Shown here: positions 59,021 through 64,000 of the stretch, in pieces
How the letters are laid out: each line of letters opens with the position of its first letter
Position numbering within the stretch: position 1 is the first letter of the stretch
NCBI GenBank assembly: GCA_040901985.1
Contig: JBBDYC010000005.1
Coordinates: 69,592 to 133,591, forward strand
From: Gemmatimonadaceae bacterium
GTDB taxonomy: Bacteria; Gemmatimonadota; Gemmatimonadetes; Gemmatimonadales; Gemmatimonadaceae
Reading direction: 5' to 3'
Length of the DNA: 64,000 nucleotides
Notes under the pieces: generated by a model
Told to the model about the DNA's origin: nothing
Seen by the model: the letters and a program-made list of their open reading frames with translations, nothing else
The model's database searches: none
Program-made: the position numbers and the translations under genes

Positions 59021-61873
59021 CTAGAGGTCGTACGTCCAGATCAAGATGACGCCACACCCGTCGAAGTCGATGTAGCCGGCGGGCATCTCCATCGCTCGGT
59101 AGGCCTCGATCCGCTTGGCCTGCCTCAGGAGCCGCTCCTCCTCGCTCGCCGTCGGCTTGCCGAAGTCCACGCCGTCAACGTACCAGCGTGGGAAGCAGGT
59201 CTGCATGATTCCCAGCGGGTCCGACGAGCTGCCGCCGCCGATGTCGGTCTCAAAGGCAAGCTTGTAGCGGACGGCAAACTCCCCTTCCGAGGAATCGAGC
59301 ACGAGGCGCGTCTTGGAGATCGCCGCGCGGACGGTCGTCACCGTGATCGTCGGGTGCCTCGCGATCCACCCTTCGTCGAGGTGTGTCCCGACGCCCGACG
59401 CGCGCCGGAACTCGAATGCCGCTCGGTTGCGGACCATCGCGGCGGTGATCACCTGTCCGGCCAGGATCTGCGGCGCACGCTCCAGGCGGATCTCGCCCAC
59501 GGTCATCCGGCCACCGAGAGGGTCAATCGCCCGCCGCTCCGGGAGAAAGCGCAGTGCCCGGACGACAATTTCCGACGTGCGCACGGGCACCGAGTCCATC
59601 ACCCAGGCCCCGGTCGAATCGGTGCGCGCGGTTCGCGCGTCTTCCCCGATTAGCACGACCGTGGCGTCGGCGACCGGCTGGCCGATTTGGTCAATCACGC
59701 GGCCGCCGATGCGCGCGCGACGCACGCCGCCCACGATGAGGTCGCGGCGAACGAGCCCGCTGCCGCGCAACTGCATCGTGATATCGCCGGTGGCTCCGCC
59801 ATCACCCTCGGCGCGGAGGGTGAACTCCCCGCTGACGAGGACCGAGACGCCGCCGCCGGCCTCGGCCTGGCCGTCGAGCGGCAAGCCGCAGAGCACGTAC
59901 CATCCATCGGCGCCGGTGACCGCCTCGACGTGTCGCGGATCCCGCTCCGAGGTCCCCGAGGCATAGATCATTCGTGCCCACTCGCCACGGACGCGCACGC
60001 CGGCACGCCGCACTCCGGCAAGATCGCGCACCTCGCCGACCAACATCCCTTCGCCGGCGGCGAGCTCCCGGGAGCAGAGGGCACGGTACTGCGTGGCGAC
60101 GGACGGTGTTGCCAGCACCACCTCGGCGCTCAAGGCGTTGGCGCCCATCCGGAGCGTTTGCGCCGGCGGTCTCACGCGCAACACGTCCAACTCACGGTCG
60201 TACACCGCGATCGTCAGCTCGCCGGGTGGAACACCGGCGATCTCGAAACGCCCCGTCGCGTCCGTCGTCGCGCGGAGTGCGGTGCCGAGCACCTGCACTT
60301 CCGCCCCGCTCCACGGCGCGGCCGTGCGCAGCGAATCCACGACGAGGCCGCGCACGACCACCGTGCCGATCGGCGCCGCCCCCGTCCCCAGCGTGAGGTC
60401 CAGTTCAATGCCACGCGCCTCGGGCGGAACGACGACCGTAATCGCGCGGCCGCGCGTCAGCCCGCGTTGGGCCGTCGCCTGCAACATCCGCCCGAGCGGC
60501 ACGCCGCAGGCAATCCAGAAACCGTCGGCGCCGGTGGTACCCTCGGCACCGTCCGTCTCCCAGGTCCGCTGCCATTCGGCAATCCAGCGATGGCCCTCCT
60601 CCCACGACACCCGGACGACGGCGTTCGGCACCGCGGCGCCGGCGCCATCGCGGAGCACGCCCCAGACCACCCCGCGCGCGGCGCCGGGGGGCGCGGCGCA
60701 GAGCGCGGCAACCGCCGCCGGCGTGCGCGACACCCGCGGTCCGGCCGCGCTGGCGGCGGCGTAGAGCACCTCACCGCCCCGGCGGACCTCCCGGACGGCG
60801 CCCGAGGCGACCTCCATTGACGTGATGCGCATCGTGCGACGCACGAGGCTTCGATTGAGGCCTCGCCGATCGCCGGAGAAGCGCTGCTCCTCATCAATCG
60901 TCGGCCGCGGCATTCGGATGGTCCAGCGGTCCACGAGCCAGCCCCCGCTCGGAAGCTGGCGGAACTCGACGCTCCCGCCGGCCGGGGTTCCCGCCAACTC
61001 CCGCGGCACGCCCACGTAGGAATAGTCGAGCCGTTGCAACTCCGCGGTGCGCCGGTCCAGCCAGAGGGTGCCCGCGATTCGGACCAAACCGCGCGCGCCG
61101 CCCGGCGCCGGACGGAACCCGATGCCGACCAGATCCGCTTCCACTCCGCGCCCCGGCACTGCGCTGAAACAATGCTCTTCCACGAACCGCTCCGACAGGA
61201 GCACGTCGGCGTCGGGGGCCTGATATATCCACGTCTCGCCCTCGGTGGAGAGATAGCCAACCTTGGCGAGCGAATCCGGGGAGAGACTCACGAACGGGCG
61301 GTCGGTGGAAGCGCGGAAGGTCTGGACGGTGGGCTCGGTCAGCGGTGCGCCATCCAGCGTCGTCAGGCGGTTCTCGACGACCCACTGCGCCACCATCCGC
61401 CCCGACACCGACGTGAGCTGCGTGGAGCGGAGTGCCTTCCGCGCCTCGTCGAACAGCGTCGCCACCTGATGGCCATCGGAAGTGCGCAGGCGGCAGACGT
61501 CCTCACTGGCGATTTCCACGCGCTCCAGCACCACGGCGGCGCCGGAGAGCGTAAAGCGTTCGGTGCGCACGTCGCCGGCCGCGAGCGCGAAGGTGCCGAG
61601 GAAGGTCGGCCGCTGGCCGATGCGGAGGCCGCGGACCACGATCGTTCCGGGCGCGGGCAGGCGGAGGATGAAGATGCCTTGGGCGCTCGAGAGGGCGCGG
61701 GCGATCACGGCGCCGCTCGTCGAGTCGGCGGCTTCGATGATGACGCCGACCGCCGGCGTGATTCCGTCGGCGAGGGTGACCGCGCCGCGCAACTCCTGGG
61801 CACCCACATCGGTGGTGAGCATCGCGACTGCGCACCACCGGACCGCACGACTGGTGAGCCTCATCCTGGACAC
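59021..61873 (-). CDS. Large exported protein with repeated carboxypeptidase-regulatory-like (prealbumin-like) domains and a C-terminal TonB-plug-like domain
   Basis: Signal peptide (VGA|Q); several G.V.D...G.PV..A.V...T...G.F modules; C-terminal C.P..YVDG...IEAY...CGVILIWT. Confidence 0.75.
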   Translation of the reverse strand: MSRMRLTSRAVRWCAVAMLTTDVGAQELRGAVTLADGITPAVGVIIEAADSTSGAVIARALSSAQGIFILRLPAPGTIVVRGLRIGQRPTFLGTFALAAGDVRTERFTLSGAAVVLERVEIASEDVCRLRTSDGHQVATLFDEARKALRSTQLTSVSGRMVAQWVVENRLTTLDGAPLTEPTVQTFRASTDRPFVSLSPDSLAKVGYLSTEGETWIYQAPDADVLLSERFVEEHCFSAVPGRGVEADLVGIGFRPAPGGARGLVRIAGTLWLDRRTAELQRLDYSYVGVPRELAGTPAGGSVEFRQLPSGGWLVDRWTIRMPRPTIDEEQRFSGDRRGLNRSLVRRTMRITSMEVASGAVREVRRGGEVLYAAASAAGPRVSRTPAAVAALCAAPPGAARGVVWGVLRDGAGAAVPNAVVRVSWEEGHRWIAEWQRTWETDGAEGTTGADGFWIACGVPLGRMLQATAQRGLTRGRAITVVVPPEARGIELDLTLGTGAAPIGTVVVRGLVVDSLRTAAPWSGAEVQVLGTALRATTDATGRFEIAGVPPGELTIAVYDRELDVLRVRPPAQTLRMGANALSAEVVLATPSVATQYRALCSRELAAGEGMLVGEVRDLAGVRRAGVRVRGEWARMIYASGTSERDPRHVEAVTGADGWYVLCGLPLDGQAEAGGGVSVLVSGEFTLRAEGDGGATGDITMQLRGSGLVRRDLIVGGVRRARIGGRVIDQIGQPVADATVVLIGEDARTARTDSTGAWVMDSVPVRTSEIVVRALRFLPERRAIDPLGGRMTVGEIRLERAPQILAGQVITAAMVRNRAAFEFRRASGVGTHLDEGWIARHPTITVTTVRAAISKTRLVLDSSEGEFAVRYKLAFETDIGGGSSSDPLGIMQTCFPRWYVDGVDFGKPTASEEERLLRQAKRIEAYRAMEMPAGYIDFDGCGVILIWTYDL

Positions 61874-61930
61874 CCCGGGAATCTAGCGCCCTTGATGTGT
61901 CCGGCGATCTCCATCGGGGCGGACGCACGA

Positions 61931-61957
61931 ACGGAGGCGCCGCTGCGGCGCCTCCGT
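61931..61957. terminator. Perfect 13-bp inverted repeat, probable terminator/REP-like element downstream of the ice-binding gene
   Basis: ACGGAGGCGCCGC-T-GCGGCGCCTCCGT. Confidence 0.65.
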
Positions 61958-62007
61958 CCGGGGTCCAGCGAATCCTTGCGCGCTGCTACGCGCGGTCGGG
62001 CGTGACC

Positions 62008-62925
62008 TTAACGGCCGCCACCCTTCCGACCCGGGTTCCCGGGGGTGCCGCCGAGTTCATCGTTCGAACCCAGACGCTTGTTCGACTTGCCCGGATCGCA
62101 GCCCTCGGGGCCGTTGCCGACGCCCTGGTCGCACCTCTCCTTGTCAGGACTCGGGCCGGGGCCGGGGCCGGGGCTACTGGTGGTCTGGCAGCCGGTCGTC
62201 TTGGTGCCCGTGATCGTCACGTCCAGCTTGGACCACACATTGCCACTGGACGTGCCGCCGCCGAGGGTGATCCCTGCGCCGGCAAGGATGCTGCCGGCGA
62301 AGTTCGAGGTCGTCATCGTCGCCGCCTCGGCAACCCACCACGTGATGTTGCAGGCGTCCGCACCATTCGCCAACACCACGTTGAAGTTGGTGCCGGTCAG
62401 CGCGCCCGTGCCGCTGGTGCCGACCAGGAAGAGCCACTTCGCACTGCTCGATCCGTCCAGGGTGAGCGTGCCGGTGAGGGCAGCGGCGGCATCGAAGCAG
62501 TACGTGCCCGGGGCAAGCGTGACCCCAGCCAGCGTACCGGTCAACAGCGTGCAGCTGTCACCGGGTTCCGGCGTCAGGGCGTCGTACGTCGCGAGAAATG
62601 CGTTGTAGGCCGCAATCGCTTCCGCATCGCCAATGTGGATCGAACCCGAGACCGGGCAGTTCGTCTGGGTGAAGGACCCGGTCGGCGGGGCCTGGAAGGT
62701 GCCGACATCGCCGGTGATCGATCCATCGGTGCAGGTCACCGCGGCGTTCGCGAGGACCGTGAAGTCGTGCGACTGCGTGAGCGAGGCGCCCTTGGACATC
62801 ACGACGGACGCGCCGGTGATTGTACCCGAGTCGCTACAGGCGACGCCGAGCACGGCCAGGAGGAGGATCGCACCGACGCCGCGCGAGCGACGACGGGATG
62901 CCGAGGGACGTGCGAGATGTCGCAT
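62008..62925 (-). CDS. Ice-binding-like (DUF3494/IBP-1) lipoprotein
   Basis: F.VLA..AVT...GSITGDVG, L.G.TLAPGTYCF..AA.LTGTLTLDG, VVL.NGA.ACNI.W.V..AAT...F.GSILA...ITL; lipobox-like LGVAC. Start ATG 62925. Confidence 0.88.
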   Translation of the reverse strand: MRHLARPSASRRRSRGVGAILLLAVLGVACSDSGTITGASVVMSKGASLTQSHDFTVLANAAVTCTDGSITGDVGTFQAPPTGSFTQTNCPVSGSIHIGDAEAIAAYNAFLATYDALTPEPGDSCTLLTGTLAGVTLAPGTYCFDAAAALTGTLTLDGSSSAKWLFLVGTSGTGALTGTNFNVVLANGADACNITWWVAEAATMTTSNFAGSILAGAGITLGGGTSSGNVWSKLDVTITGTKTTGCQTTSSPGPGPGPSPDKERCDQGVGNGPEGCDPGKSNKRLGSNDELGGTPGNPGRKGGGR

Positions 62926-63198
62926 GGTGGAATCCTTGTGTGTGAGGATGGAGTCGCAGTCGAACGTTCGCCTGACCGGGGCGCTCCGCCAATCGCCCGA
63001 ACGAGGGGTATCGGCGGCGCGACCGCGACGGCGCGACGGCGCACCCATCCCCCCAAAGGACTAGTGTGGCGACCGGGATCTCCGGGCCATCACCCAAGGA
63101 TTTCCGACTCCATTGGGCGTCGCATCCGTGTCGCCCGCACTCCCCGGGTCCCGACGGCGCAGGTTGCGACGCCGTGGCTCGGCCCTAGCTTTCCCCGT

Positions 63199-63405
63199 AT
63201 GCACGACACGAGCCCGGAAGCGGCGGCGGTCCAGATTGCCGCGTTCCGCCGACTGGAGCCGGCGGAGCGCGTCGCGCTGGCCCTCGCGGCGAGTGACTGG
63301 ATGATGGCCGTCGCACGCGCGCGCGCGGACTCCAGCGTTCCCCCGCTCGGCGCGGCACCGGCCGCCGATGCGCTGCCGACAGCCGGTGAGCCGCCGAGCC
63401 GATGA
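63199..63405 (+). CDS. Small putative antitoxin-like protein
   Basis: MHDTSPEAAAVQIAAFRRLEPAERVALA; TAGCTT -10 box 7 nt upstream; ATGA overlap with the nucleotidyltransferase gene. Confidence 0.7.
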   Translation: MHDTSPEAAAVQIAAFRRLEPAERVALALAASDWMMAVARARADSSVPPLGAAPAADALPTAGEPPSR

Positions 63406-63959
63406 ACGGCGGCGGTGTGCTCCGCCGCGTGGCAGGCGCGCTCAGCTCGGCCAACGTGCCGTTCATGCTCACGGGCTCGGTGGCGGCGGCGTACCACGGG
63501 GCACCGCGGGCCACCCTCGACATTGACCTCGTCATCGACGCCGCGCCGACACAGTTGCACGCGATCGTCGCGGCGTGCTTGGACGCGGGGCTCTACGCGT
63601 CCGAAGAGGCGGCCCTTGAGAGCCATCGCTCCGGCGGAATGTTCAACGCCATTGATGCGGCATCGGGCTGGAAGGTCGATCTGATCCATCGTAGGGACCG
63701 AGCCTTCAGCCGCGAGGAGTTTGCGCGAAGAATACCGGCGATCCTGGACGACGTGCCGGTCGCGGTGGCGTCCCTTGAGGACGTCATCCTCTCCAAGCTG
63801 GAGTGGGCGCGTCTCGGGGGGTCTGCGCGACAGCTGGAAGACGTCGCCACGCTCATCCGCGTGCGTGGCGACGATCTCGATCGCGCGTACGTGGAGCGGT
63901 GGGTGGCGGCGTTGGTCCTTGGGGACGAATGGGAGAAAGTCGAACGGGCTCTAGGGTAG
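63402..63959 (+). CDS. Pol-beta-superfamily nucleotidyltransferase (AbiEii/DUF6036-like), putative toxin
   Basis: GS.A...HG.PR.T.DIDLV motif, KVDLI, EDVILSKL.W, RQLEDV. Confidence 0.82.
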   Translation: MNGGGVLRRVAGALSSANVPFMLTGSVAAAYHGAPRATLDIDLVIDAAPTQLHAIVAACLDAGLYASEEAALESHRSGGMFNAIDAASGWKVDLIHRRDRAFSREEFARRIPAILDDVPVAVASLEDVILSKLEWARLGGSARQLEDVATLIRVRGDDLDRAYVERWVAALVLGDEWEKVERALG

Positions 63960-64000
63960 GGCCGCCGACCGCGGACCGAATCGCTGGCGCGTGAGCGCCA

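Noticed and set aside
58651..59083. Diversity-generating retroelement template/variable repeat pair
   Set aside because: The 9 mismatches are not adenine-specific on either strand, and no reverse transcriptase is in the window.

Overview
High-GC bacterial chromosomal segment. Gene order and protein styles suggest Gemmatimonadota (inference). Most of the window is core genome: partial trpD, truA, a long translationally coupled degP-purB-purC-psd-pssA-purS-purQ-purL-purF-ridA run, tmRNA, dusB, guaA, lysA, proS, hisS, folC-accD, mreBCD-mrdA-rodA, ald, pnp-rpsO, the rplM-rpsI-rpsB-tsf-pyrH-frr-uppS-cdsA-dxr-rseP cluster and an acyl-CoA carboxylase operon. There are three accessory patches. (1) chrA plus arsR-arsM-arsN2 lies at the 3' side of tmRNA. 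(2) A compositionally atypical three-gene island (about 50100-53750) encodes a doubly frameshifted secreted subtilase with a G12 tract in its signal region, a lipoprotein with what looks like a free-standing copy of the subtilase propeptide fold, and a probable outer-membrane beta-barrel. This is the best candidate for an undescribed system, a protease with its own inhibitor or chaperone. (3) 58650-64000 holds two tandem units with shared ends, an ice-binding-like (DUF3494) lipoprotein and a nucleotidyltransferase toxin-antitoxin-like pair. Also notable are an apparently catalytically dead transaldolase homolog, intergenic heptamer repeat arrays and many apparently leaderless promoters. All family calls come from motif recognition by eye; no searches were run.
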